A DNA stretch of 64,000 nt, taken from assembly GCA_964057225.1 (NCBI GenBank), contig OZ059897.1, positions 18,662,001-18,726,000 on the forward strand, given 5' to 3'. The position numbers were made by a program, and so were the translations under genes. This DNA is from Auanema rhodensis (lineage: Eukaryota > Animalia > Nematoda). Each line of letters opens with the position of its first letter. Within the stretch, counting starts at the first letter, position 1. The notes beneath the pieces were generated by a model, which saw only the letters and a list, made by a program, of their open reading frames with translations, had not been told where the DNA came from and did no database searches. Below, one piece after another: positions 24,301-37,821 of this stretch.

Positions 24301-26007
24301 AGTTTAGCAAAAAGTAGATGTTTTTAGATTCCATTTTTCAAGGCAAAGACGATGGACAATGTTATTCAACGAAAAAATTAATTCTTCAGGGTGAAAATCG
24401 AGGATATAAGTGTGAACTTATATCAGTTGATATCTCGGTGCATTTTTAAGCTAGCGCAAATCTGATAATACAGATCGACGCAGCTTAAAAATCCGCATCG
24501 AATGCACTATACTACATTGAGAAACGTTTGATACAAAAATTAGTTATGATCGTTTGAAAAATGATGCATTAGTGTATGTTGAGTTTCCATGTACACTCAA
24601 CATTGCTTCCAAAAACATTTTGACAAAAATTTTTTCGAAAAATTTCAAAATAGTTTAGCAAAAAGTAGATGTTTTTAGATTCCATTTTTCAAGGCAAAGA
24701 CGATGGACAATGTTATTCAACGAAAAAATTAATTCTTCAGGGTGAAAATCGAGGATATAAGTGTGAACTTATATCAGTTGATATCTCGGTGCATTTTTAA
24801 GCTAGCGCAAATCTGATAACACAGATCGACGCAGCTTAAAAATCCGCATCGAATGCACTATACTACATTGAGAAACGTTTGATACAAAAATTAGTTATGA
24901 TCGTTTGAAAAATGATGCATTAGTGTATGTTGAGTTTCCATGTACACTCAACATTGCTTCCAAAAACATTTTGACAAAAATGTTTTCGAAAAATTTCAAA
25001 ATAATTTAGCAAAAAGTAGATGTTTTTAGATTCCATTTTTTAAGGCAAAGACGATGAACAATGTTATTCAACGAAAAAATTAATTCTTCAGGGTGAAAAT
25101 TGAGGATATAAGTGTGAACTTATATCAGTTGATATCTCGGTGCATTTTTAAGCTAGCGCAAATCTGATAACACAGATCGACGCAGCTTAAAATCCGCATC
25201 GAATGCACTATACTACATTGAGAAACGCTTGATACAAAAATTAGTTATGATCGTTTGAAAAATGATGCATTAGTGTATGTTGAGTTTCCATGTACACTCA
25301 ACATTGCTTCCAAAAACATTTTGACAAAAATTTTTTCGAAAAATTTCAAAATAGTTTAGCAAAAAGTAGATGTTTTTAGATTCCATTTTTCAAGGCAAAG
25401 ACGATGGACAATGTTATTCAACGAAAAAATTAATTCTTCAGGGTGAAAATCGAGGATATAAGTGTGAACTTATATCAGTTGATATCTCGGTGCATTTTTA
25501 AGCTAGCGCACATCTGATAACACAGATCGACGCAGCTTAAAAATCCGCATCGAATGCACTATACTACATTGAGAAACGCTTGATACAAAAATTAGTTATG
25601 ATCGTTTGAAAAATGATGCATTAGTGTATGTTGAGTTTCCATGTACACTCAACATTGCTTCCAAAAACATTTTGACAAAAATTTTTTCGAAAAATTTCAA
25701 GATAGTTTAGCAAAAAGTAGATGTTTTTAGATTTCATTTTTCAAGGCAAAGACGATGGACAATGTTATTCAACGAAAAAATTAATTCTTCAGGGTGAAAA
25801 TCGAGGATATAAGTGTGAACTTATATCAGTTGATATCTCGGTGCATTTTTAAGCTAGCGCAAATCTGATAACACAGATCGACGCAGCTTAAAAATCCGCA
25901 TCGAATGCACTATACTACATTGAGAAACGTTTGATACAAAAATTAGTTATGATCGTTTGAAAAATGATGCATTAGTGTATGTTGAGTTTCCATGTACACT
26001 CAACATT
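12320..26007. repeat. Array domain C: ~6-mer based higher-order pattern with 11- and 13-mer offsets
   Basis: AAAATGTTTTCG at 13048, 15154, 19015, 21121, 23227, 23929, 24982; linked GACCCAGC and CAGGTTAAA markers; a three-marker block at ~17.6-18.5 kb is repeated 4563 bp later. Confidence 0.75.
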
Positions 26008-26357
26008 GCTTCCAAAAACATTTTGACAAAAATTTTTTCAAAAATTTCAAAATAATTTAGCAAAAAGTAGATGTTTTCAGATTCCATTTTTTAAGGCAAA
26101 GACGATGGACAATGTTATTCAACGAAAAAATTAATTCTTCAGGGTGAAAATTGAGGATATAAGTGTGAACTTATATCAGTTGATATCTCGGTGCATTTTT
26201 AAGCTAGCGCAAATCTGATAACACAGATCGACGCAGCTTAAAAATCCGCATCGAATGCACTATACTACATTGAGAAACGCTTGATACAAAAATTAGTTAT
26301 GATCGTTTGAAAAATGATGCATTAGTGTATGTTGAGTTTCCATGTACACTCAACATT

Positions 26358-26650
26358 GCTTCCAAAAACATTTTGACAAAAATTTTTTCGAAAAATTTCA
26401 AAATAATTTAGCAAAAAGTAGATGTTTTTAGATTCCATTTTTCAAGGCAAAGACGATGGACAATGTTATTCAACGAAAAAATTAATTCTTCAGGGTGAAA
26501 ATCGAGGATGATAACACAGATCGACGCAGCTTAAAAATCCGCATCGAATGCACTATACTACATTGAGAAACGCTTAATACAAAAATTAGTTATAATCGTT
26601 TGAAAAATGATGCATTAGTGTATGTTGAGTTTCCATGTACACTCAACATT
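26358..26650. repeat. 293-bp monomer carrying a 58-bp deletion (monomer positions ~153-210)
   Basis: Junction GAGGAT|GATAACAC at 26509/26510; monomer starts at 26358 and 26651. Confidence 0.95.
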
Positions 26651-29106
26651 GCTTCCAAAAACATTTTGACAAAAATTTTTTCGAAAAATTTCAAAATAAT
26701 TTAGCAAAAAGTAGATGTTTTTAGATTCCATTTTTCAAGGGAAAGACGATGGACAATGTTATTCAACGAAAAAATTAATTCTTCAGGGTGAAAATCGAGG
26801 ATATAAGTGTGAACTTATATCAGTTGATATCTCGGTGCATTTTTAAGCTAGCGCAAATCTGATAACACAGATCGACGCAGCTTAAAAATCCGCATCGAAT
26901 GCACTATACTACATTGAGAAACGCTTGATACAAAATTTAGTTATAATCGTTTGAAAAATGATGCATTAGTGTATGTTGAGTTTCCATGTACACTCAACAT
27001 TGCTTCCAAAAACATTTTGACAAAAATTTTTTCGAAAAATTTCAAAATAATTTAGCAAGAAGTAGATGTTTTTAGATTCCATTTTTTAAGGCAAAGACGA
27101 TGGACAATGTTATTCAACGAAAAAATTAATTCTTCAGGGTGAAAATCGAGGATATAAGTGTGAACTTATATCAGTTGATATCTCGGTGCATTTTTAAGCT
27201 AGCGCAAAGCTGATAACACAGATCGACGCAGCTTAAAAATCCGCATCGAATGCACTATACTACATCGAGAAACGCTTAATACAAAAATTAGTTATAATCG
27301 TTTGAAAAATGATGCATTAGTATATGTTGAGTTTCCATGTACACTCAACATTGCTTCCAAAAACATTTTGACAAAAATTTTTTCGAAAAATTTCAAAATA
27401 ATTTAGCAAAAAGTAGATGTTTTTAGATTCCATTTTTCAAGGCAAAGACGATGACAATGTTATTCAACGAAAAAATTAATTCTTCAGGGTGAAAATTGAG
27501 GATATAAGTGTGAACTTATATCAGTTGATATCTCGGTGCATTTTTAAGCTAGCGCAAATCTGATAACACAGATCGACGCAGCTTAAAAATCCGCATCGAA
27601 TGCACTATACTACATTGAGAAACGCTTGATACAAAAATTAGTTATGATCGTTTGAAAAATGATGCATTAGTGTATGTTGAGTTTCCATGTACACTCAACA
27701 TTGCTTCCAAAAACATTTTGACAAAAATTTTTTCGAAAAATTTCAAAATAATTTAGCAAAAAGTAGATGTTTTTAGATTCCATTTTTCAAGGCAAAGACA
27801 ATGGACAATGTTATTCAACGAAAAAATTAATTCTTCAGGGTGAAAATTGAGGATATAAGTGTGAACTTATATCAGTTGATATCTCGGTGCATTTTTAAGT
27901 TAGCGCAAATCTGATAACACAGATCGACGCAGCTTAAAAATCCGCATCGAATGCACTATACTACATTGAGAAACACTTGATACAAAAATTAGTTATGATC
28001 GTTTGAAAAATGATGCATTAGTGTATGTTGAGTTTCCATGTACACTCAACATTGCTTCCAAAAACATTTTGACAAAAATTTTTTCGAAAAATTTCAAAAT
28101 AATTTAGCAAAAAGTAGATGTTTTTAGATTCCATTTTTCAAGGCAAAGACGATGGACAATGTTATTCAACGAAAAAATTAATTCTTCAGGGTGAAAATCG
28201 AGGATATAAGTGTGAACTTATATCAGTTGATATCTCGGTGCATTTTTAAGCTAGCGCAAATCTGATAACACAGATCGACGCAGCTTAAAAATCCGCATCG
28301 AATGCACTATACTACATCGAGAAACGCTTAATACAAAAATTAGTTATAATCGTTTGAAAAATGATGCATTAGTGTATGTTGAGTTTCCATGTACACTCAA
28401 CATTGCTTCCAAAAACATTTTGACAAAAATTTTTTCGAAAAATTTCAAAATAATTTAGCAAAAAGTAGATGTTTTTAGATTCCATTTTTCAAGGCAAAGA
28501 CGATGGACAATGTTATTCAACGAAAAAATTAATTCTTCAGGGTGAAAATCGAGGATATAAGTGTGAACTTATATCAGTTGATATCTCGGTGCATTTTTAA
28601 GCTAGCGCAAATCTGATAACACAGATCGACGCAGCTTAAAAATCCGCATCGAATGCACTATACTACATTGAGAAACGCTTAATACAAAAATTAGTTATAA
28701 TCGTTTGAAAAATGATGCATTAGTGTATGTTGAGTTTCCATGTACACTCAACATTGCTTCCAAAAACATTTTGACAAAAATTTTTTCGAAAAATTTCAAA
28801 ATAATTTAGCAAAAAGTAGATGTTTTTAGATTCCTTTTTTCAAGGCAAAGACGATGGACAGTGTTATTTAACGAAAAAATTAATTCTTCAGGGTGAAAAT
28901 CGAGGATATAAGTGTAAACTTATATCAGTTGATATCTCGGTGCATTTTTAAGCTAGCGCAAATCTGATAACACAGATCGACGCAGCTTAAAAATCCGCAT
29001 CGAATGCACTATACTACATTGAGAAACGCTTGATACAAAAAATAGTTATGATCGTTTGAAAAATGATGCATTAGTGTATGTTGAGTTTCCATGTACACTC
29101 AACATT

Positions 29107-29399
29107 GCTTCCAAAAACATTTTGACAAAAATTTTTTCGAAAAATTTCAAAATAATTTAGCAAAAAGTAGATGTTTTTAGATTCCATTTTTCAAGGCAAA
29201 GACGATGGACAATGTTATTCAACGAAAAAATTAATTCTTCAGGGTGAAAATCGAGGATGATAACACAGATCGACGCAGCTTAAAAATCCGCATCGAATGC
29301 ACTATACTACATTGAGAAACGCTTAATACAAAAATTAGTTATAATCGTTTGAAAAATGATGCATTAGTGTATGTTGAGTTTCCATGTACACTCAACATT
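29107..29399. repeat. Second 293-bp deletion monomer, 8 monomers downstream
   Basis: Identical junction at 29258/29259; offset 2749 = 8 x 351 - 58 - 1. Confidence 0.95.
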
Positions 29400-32300
29400 G
29401 CTTCCAAAAACATTTTGACAAAAATTTTTTCGAAAAATTTCAAAATAATTTAGCAAAAAGTAGATGTTTTTAGATTCCATTTTTCAAGGCAAAGACGATG
29501 GACAATGTTATTCAACGAAAAAATTAATTCTTCAGGGTGAAAATCGAAGATATAAGTGTGAACTTATATCAGTTGATATCTCGGTGCATTTTTAAGCTAG
29601 CGCAAATCTGATAACACAGATCGACGCAGCTTAAAAATCCGCATCGAATGCACTATACTACATTGAGAAACGCTTAATACAAAAATTAGTTATAATCGTT
29701 TGAAAAATGATGCATTAGTGTATGTTGAGTTTCCATGTACACTCAACATTGCTTCCAAAAACATTTTGACAAAAATTTTTTCGAAAAATTTCAAAATAAT
29801 TTAGCAAAAAGTAGATGTTTTTAGATTCCATTTTTCAAGGCAAAGACGATGGACAATGTTATTCAACGAAAAAATTAATTCTTCAGGGTGAAAATCGAGG
29901 ATATAAGTGTGAACTTATATCAGTTGATATCTCGGTGCATTTTTAAGCTAGCGCAAATCTGATAACACAGATCGACGCAGCTTAAAAATCCGCATCGAAT
30001 GCACTATACTACATTGAGAAACGCTTGATACAAAATTTAGTTATAATCGTTTGAAAAATGATGCATTAGTGTATGTTGAGTTTCCATGTACACTCAACAT
30101 TGCTTCCAAAAACATTTTGACAAAAATTTTTTCGAAAAATTTCAAAATAATTTAGCAAAAAGTAGATGTTTTTAGATTCCATTTTTCAAGGCAAAGACGA
30201 TGGACAATGTTATTCAACGAAAAAATTAATTCTTCAGGGTGAAAATCGAGGATATAAGTGTGAACTTATATCAGTTGATATCTCGGTGCATTTTTAAGCT
30301 AGCGCAAATCTGATAACACAGATCGACGCAGCTTAAAAATCCGCATCGAATGCACTATACTACATTGAGAAACGCTTAATACAAAAATTAGTTATAATCG
30401 TTTGAAAAATGATGCATTAGTGTATGTTGAGTTTCCATGTACACTCAACATTGCTTCCAAAAACATTTTGACAAAAATTTTTTCGAAAAATTTCAAAATA
30501 ATTTAGCAAAAAGTAGATGTTTTTAGATTCCATTTTTCAAGGCAAAGACGATGGACAATGTTATTCAACGAAAAAATTAATTCTTCAGGGTGAAAATCGA
30601 GGATATAAGTGTGAACTTATATCAGTTGATATCTCGGTGCATTTTTAAGCTAGCGCAAATCTGATAACACAGATCGACGCAGCTTAAAAATCCGCATCGA
30701 ATGCACTATACTACATTGAGAAACGCTTGATACAAAATTTAGTTATAATCGTTTGAAAAATGATGCATTAGTGTATGTTGAGTTTCCATGTACACTCAAC
30801 ATTGCTTCCAAAATATTTTGACAAAAATTTTTTCGAAAAATTTCAAAATAATTTAGCAAGAAGTAGATGTTTTTAGATTCCATTTTTTAAGGCAAAGACG
30901 ATGGACAATGTTATTCAACGAAAAAATTAATTCTTCAGGGTGAAAATCGAGGATATAAGTGTGAACTTATATCAGTTGATATCTCGGTGCATTTTTAAGC
31001 TAGCGCAAAGCTGATAACACAGATCGACGCAGCTTAAAAATCCGCATCGAATGCACTATACTACATCGAGAAACGCTTAATACAAAAATTAGTTATAATC
31101 GTTTGAAAAATGATGCATTAGTATATGTTGAGTTTCCATGTACACTCAACATTGCTTCCAAAAACATTTTGACAAAAATTTTTTCGAAAAATTTCAAAAT
31201 AATTTAGCAAAAAGTAGATGTTTTTAGATTCCATTTTTCAAGGCAAAGACGATGACAATGTTATTCAACGAAAAAATTAATTCTTCAGGGTGAAAATTGA
31301 GGATATAAGTGTGAACTTATATCAGTTGATATCTCGGTGCATTTTTAAGCTAGCGCAAATCTGATAACACAGATCGACGCAGCTTAAAAATCCGCATCGA
31401 ATGCACTATACTACATTGAGAAACGCTTGATACAAAAATTAGTTATGATCGTTTGAAAAATGATGCATTAGTGTATGTTGAGTTTCCATGTACACTCAAC
31501 ATTGCTTCCAAAAACATTTTGACAAAAATTTTTTCGAAAAATTTCAAAATAATTTAGCAAAAAGTAGATGTTTTTAGATTCCATTTTTCAAGGCAAAGAC
31601 AATGGACAATGTTATTCAACGAAAAAATTAATTCTTCAGGGTGAAAATTGAGGATATAAGTGTGAACTTATATCAGTTGATATCTCGGTGCATTTTTAAG
31701 TTAGCGCAAATCTGATAACACAGATCGACGCAGCTTAAAAATCCGCATCGAATGCACTATACTACATTGAGAAACACTTGATACAAAAATTAGTTATGAT
31801 CGTTTGAAAAATGATGCATTAGTGTATGTTGAGTTTCCATGTACACTCAACATTGCTTCCAAAAACATTTTGACAAAAATTTTTTCGAAAAATTTCAAAA
31901 TAATTTAGCAAAAAGTAGATGTTTTTAGATTCCATTTTTCAAGGCAAAGACGATGGACAATGTTATTCAACGAAAAAATTAATTCTTCAGGGTGAAAATC
32001 GAGGATATAAGTGTGAACTTATATCAGTTGATATCTCGGTGCATTTTTAAGCTAGCGCAAATCTGATAACACAGATCGACGCAGCTTAAAAATCCGCATC
32101 GAATGCACTATACTACATCGAGAAACGCTTAATACAAAAATTAGTTATAATCGTTTGAAAAATGATGCATTAGTGTATGTTGAGTTTCCATGTACACTCA
32201 ACATTGCTTCCAAAAACATTTTGACAAAAATTTTTTCGAAAAATTTCAAAATAATTTAGCAAAAAGTAGATGTTTTTAGATTCCATTTTTCAAGGCAAAG

Positions 32301-35300
32301 ACGATGGACAATGTTATTCAACGAAAAAATTAATTCTTCAGGGTGAAAATCGAGGATATAAGTGTGAACTTATATCAGTTGATATCTCGGTGCATTTTTA
32401 AGCTAGCGCAAATCTGATAACACAGATCGACGCAGCTTAAAAATCCGCATCGAATGCACTATACTACATTGAGAAACGCTTAATACAAAAATTAGTTATA
32501 ATCGTTTGAAAAATGATGCATTAGTGTATGTTGAGTTTCCATGTACACTCAACATTGCTTCCAAAAACATTTTGACAAAAATTTTTTCGAAAAATTTCAA
32601 AATAATTTAGCAAAAAGTAGATGTTTTTAGATTCCTTTTTTCAAGGCAAAGACGATGGACAGTGTTATTTAACGAAAAAATTAATTCTTCAGGGTGAAAA
32701 TCGAGGATATAAGTGTAAACTTATATCAGTTGATATCTCGGTGCATTTTTAAGCTAGCGCAAATCTGATAACACAGATCGACGCAGCTTAAAAATCCGCA
32801 TCGAATGCACTATACTACATTGAGAAACGCTTGATACAAAAATTAGTTATGATCGTTTGAAAAATGATGCATTAGTGTATGTTGAGTTTCCATGTACACT
32901 CAACATTGCTTCCAAAAACATTTTGACAAAAATTTTTTCGAAAAATTTCAAAATAATTTAGCAAAAAGTAGATGTTTTTAGATTCCATTTTTCAAGGCAA
33001 AGACGATGGACAATGTTATTCAACGAAAAAATTAATTCTTCAGGGTGAAAATCGAGGATATAAGTGTGAACTTATATCAGTTGATATCTCGGTGCATTTT
33101 TAAGCTAGCGCAAATCTGATAACACAGATCGACGCAGCTTAAAAATCCGCATCGAATGCACTATACTACATCGAGAAACGCTTAATACAAAAATTAGTTA
33201 TAATCGTTTGAAAAATGATGCATTAGTGTATGTTGAGTTTCCATGTACACTCAACATTGCTTCCAAAAACATTTTGACAAAAATTTTTTCGAAAAATTTC
33301 AAAATAATTTAGCAAAAAGTAGATGTTTTTAGATTCCATTTTTCAAGGCAAAGACGATGGACAATGTTATTCAACGAAAAAATTAATTCTTCAGGGTGAA
33401 AATCGAGGATATAAGTGTGAACTTATATCAGTTGATATCTCGGTGCATTTTTAAGCTAGCGCAAATCTGATAACACAGATCGACGCAGCTTAAAAATCCG
33501 CATCGAATGCACTATACTACATCGAGAAACGCTTAATACAAAAATTAGTTATAATCGTTTGAAAAATGATGCATTAGTGTATGTTGAGTTTCCATGTACA
33601 CTCAACATTGCTTCCAAAAACATTTTGACAAAAATTTTTTCGAAAAATTTCAAAATAATTTAGCAAAAAGTAGATGTTTTTAGATTCCATTTTTCAAGGC
33701 AAAGACGATGGACAATGTTATTCAACGAAAAAATTAATTCTTCAGGGTGAAAATCGAGGATATAAGTGTGAACTTATATCAGTTGATATCTCGGTGCATT
33801 TTTAAGCTAGCGCAAATCTGATAACACAGATCGACGCAGCTTAAAAATCCGCATCGAATGCACTATACTACATCGAGAAACGCTTAATACAAAAATTAGT
33901 TATAATCGTTTGAAAAATGATGCATTAGTGTATGTTGAGTTTCCATGTACACTCAACATTGCTTCCAAAAACATTTTGACAAAAATTTTTTCGAAAAATT
34001 TCAAAATAATTTAGCAAAAAGTAGATGTTTTTAGATTCCATTTTTCAAGGCAAAGACGATGGACAATGTTATTCAACGAAAAAATTAATTCTTCAGGGTG
34101 AAAATCGAGGATATAAGTGTGAACTTATATCAGTTGATATCTCGGTGTATTTTTAAGCTAGCGCAAATCTGATAACACAGATCGACGCAGCTTAAAAATC
34201 CGCATCGAATGCACTATACTACATTGAGAAACGCTTAATACAAAAATTAGTTATAATCGTTTGAAAAATGATGCATTAGTGTATGTTGAGTTTCCATGTA
34301 CACTCAACATTGCTTCCAAAAACATTTTGACAAAAATTTTTTCGAAAAATTTCAAAATAGTTTAGCAAAAAGTAGATGTTTTTAGATTCCATTTTTCAAG
34401 GCAAAGACGATGGACAATGTTATTCAACGAAAAAATTAATTCTTCAGGGTGAAAATCGAGGATATAAGTGTGAACTTATATCAGTTGATATCTCGGTGCA
34501 TTTTTAAGCTAGCGCAAATCTGATAACACAGATCGACGCAGCTTAAAAATCCGCATCGAATGCACTATACTACATTGAGAAACGCTTGATACAAAAATTA
34601 GTTATGATCGTTTGAAAAATGATGCATTAGTGTATGTTGAGTTTCCATGTACACTCAACATTGCTTCCAAAAACATTTTGACAAAAATTTTTTCGAAAAA
34701 TTTCAAAATAATTTAGCAAAAAGTAGATGTTTTTAGATTCCATTTTTCAAGGCAAAGACAATGGACAATGTTATTCAACGAAAAAATTAATTCTTCAGGG
34801 TGAAAATTGAGGATATAAGTGTGAACTTATATCAGTTGATATCTCGGTGCATTTTTAAGTTAGCGCAAATCTGATAACACAGATCGACGCAGCTTAAAAA
34901 TCCGCATCGAATGCACTATACTACATTGAGAAACACTTGATACAAAAATTAGTTATGATCGTTTGAAAAATGATGCATTAGTGTATGTTGAGTTTCCATG
35001 TACACTCAACATTGCTTCCAAAAACATTTTGACAAAAATTTTTTCGAAAAATTTCAAAATAATTTAGCAAAAAGTAGATGTTTTTAGATTCCATTTTTCA
35101 AGGCAAAGACGATGGACAATGTTATTCAACGAAAAAATTAATTCTTCAGGGTGAAAATCGAGGATATAAGTGTGAACTTATATCAGTTGATATCTCGCTG
35201 CATTTTTAAGCTAGCGCAAATCTGATAACACAGATCGACGCAGCTTAAAAATCCGCATCGAATGCACTATACTACATCGAGAAACGCTTAATACAAAAAT

Positions 35301-37821
35301 TAGTTATAATCGTTTGAAAAATGATGCATTAGTGTATGTTGAGTTTCCATGTACACTCAACATTGCTTCCAAAAACATTTTGACAAAAATTTTTTCGAAA
35401 AATTTCAAAATAATTTAGCAAAAAGTAGATGTTTTTAGATTCCATTTTTCAAGGCAAAGACAATGGACAATGTTATTCAACGAAAAAATTAATTCTTCAG
35501 GGTGAAAATTGAGGATATAAGTGTGAACTTATATCAGTTGATATCTCGGTGCATTTTTAAGTTAGCGCAAATCTGATAACAGAGATCGACGCAGCTTAAA
35601 AATCCGCATCGAATGCACTATACTACATTGAGAAACACTTGATACAAAAATTAGTTATGATCGTTTGAAAAATGATGCATTAGTGTATGTTGAGTTTCCA
35701 TGTACACTCAACATTGCTTCCAAAAACATTTTGACAAAAATTTTTTCGAAAAATTTCAAAATAATTTAGCAAAAAGTAGATGTTTTTAGATTCCATTTTT
35801 CAAGGCAAAGACGATGGACAATGTTATTCAACGAAAAAATTAATTCTTCAGGGTGAAAATCGAGGATATAAGTGTGAACTTATATCAGTTGATATCTCGC
35901 TGCATTTTTAAGCTAGCGCAAATCTGATAACACAGATCGACGCAGCTTAAAAATCCGCATCGAATGCACTATACTACATCGAGAAACGCTTAATACAAAA
36001 ATTAGTTATAATCGTTTGAAAAATGATGCATTAGTGTATGTTGAGTTTCCATGTACACTCAACATTGCTTCCAAAAACATTTTGACAAAAATTTTTTCGA
36101 AAAATTTCAAAATAATTTAGCAAAAAGTAGATGTTTTTAGATTCCATTTTTCAAGGCAAAGACGATGGACAATGTTATTCAACGAAAAAATTAATTCTTC
36201 AGGGTGAAAATCGAGGATATAAGTGTGAACTTATATCAGTTGATATCTCGGTGCATTTTTAAGCTAGCGCAAATCTGATAACACAGATCGACGCAGCTTA
36301 AAAATCCGCATCGAATGCACTATACTACATTGAGAAACGCTTAATACAAAAATTAGTTATAATCGTTTGAAAAATGATGCATTAGTGTATGTTGAGTTTC
36401 CATGTACACTCAACATTGCTTCCAAAAACATTTTGACAAAAATTTTTTCGAAAAATTTCAAAATAATTTAGCAAAAAGTAGATGTTTTTAGATTCCTTTT
36501 TTCAAGGCAAAGACGATGGACAGTGTTATTTAACGAAAAAATTAATTCTTCAGGGTGAAAATCGAGGATATAAGTGTAAACTTATATCAGTTGATATCTC
36601 GGTGCATTTTTAAGCTAGCGCAAATCTGATAACACAGATCGACGCAGCTTAAAAATCCGCATCGAATGCACTATACTACATTGAGAAACGCTTGATACAA
36701 AAATTAGTTATGATCGTTTGAAAAATGATGCATTAGTGTATGTTGAGTTTCCATGTACACTCAACATTGCTTCCAAAAACATTTTGACAAAAATTTTTTC
36801 GAAAAATTTCAAAATAATTTAGCAAAAAGTAGATGTTTTTAGATTCCATTTTTCAAGGCAAAGACGATGGACAATGTTATTCAACGAAAAAATTAATTCT
36901 TCAGGGTGAAAATCGAGGATATAAGTGTGAACTTATATCAGTTGATATCTCGGTGCATTTTTAAGCTAGCGCAAATCTGATAACACAGATCGACGCAGCT
37001 TAAAAATCCGCATCGAATGCACTATACTACATCGAGAAACGCTTAATACAAAAATTAGTTATAATCGTTTGAAAAATGATGCATTAGTGTATGTTGAGTT
37101 TCCATGTACACTCAACATTGCTTCCAAAAACATTTTGACAAAAATTTTTTCGAAAAATTTCAAAATAATTTAGCAAAAAGTAGATGTTTTTAGATTCCAT
37201 TTTTCAAGGCAAAGACGATGGACAATGTTATTCAACGAAAAAATTAATTCTTCAGGGTGAAAATCGAGGATATAAGTGTGAACTTATATCAGTTGATATC
37301 TCGGTGCATTTTTAAGCTAGCGCAAATCTGATAACACAGATCGACGCAGCTTAAAAATCCGCATCGAATGCACTATACTACATCGAGAAACGCTTAATAC
37401 AAAAATTAGTTATAATCGTTTGAAAAATGATGCATTAGTGTATGTTGAGTTTCCATGTACACTCAACATTGCTTCCAAAAACATTTTGACAAAAATTTTT
37501 TCGAAAAATTTCAAAATAATTTAGCAAAAAGTAGATGTTTTTAGATTCCATTTTTCAAGGCAAAGACGATGGACAATGTTATTCAACGAAAAAATTAATT
37601 CTTCAGGGTGAAAATCGAGGATATAAGTGTGAACTTATATCAGTTGATATCTCGGTGCATTTTTAAGCTAGCGCAAATCTGATAACACAGATCGACGCAG
37701 CTTAAAAATCCGCATCGAATGCACTATACTACATTGAGAAACGCTTAATACAAAAATTAGTTATAATCGTTTGAAAAATGATGCATTAGTGTATGTTGAG
37801 TTTCCATGTACACTCAACATT

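Larger units (their letters stand above)
26358..37821. repeat. Array domain D: CTTAATAC/TTATAATC alleles, 11-mer offset duplications
   Basis: GCAAGAAG ~27059/~30860, CAAAGCTG ~27208/~31010, ATGACAAT ~27453/~31254, CAGTGTTATTT ~28861/~32662/~36523; offsets of 3801 or 3861 equal 11 monomers after indels. Confidence 0.8.
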
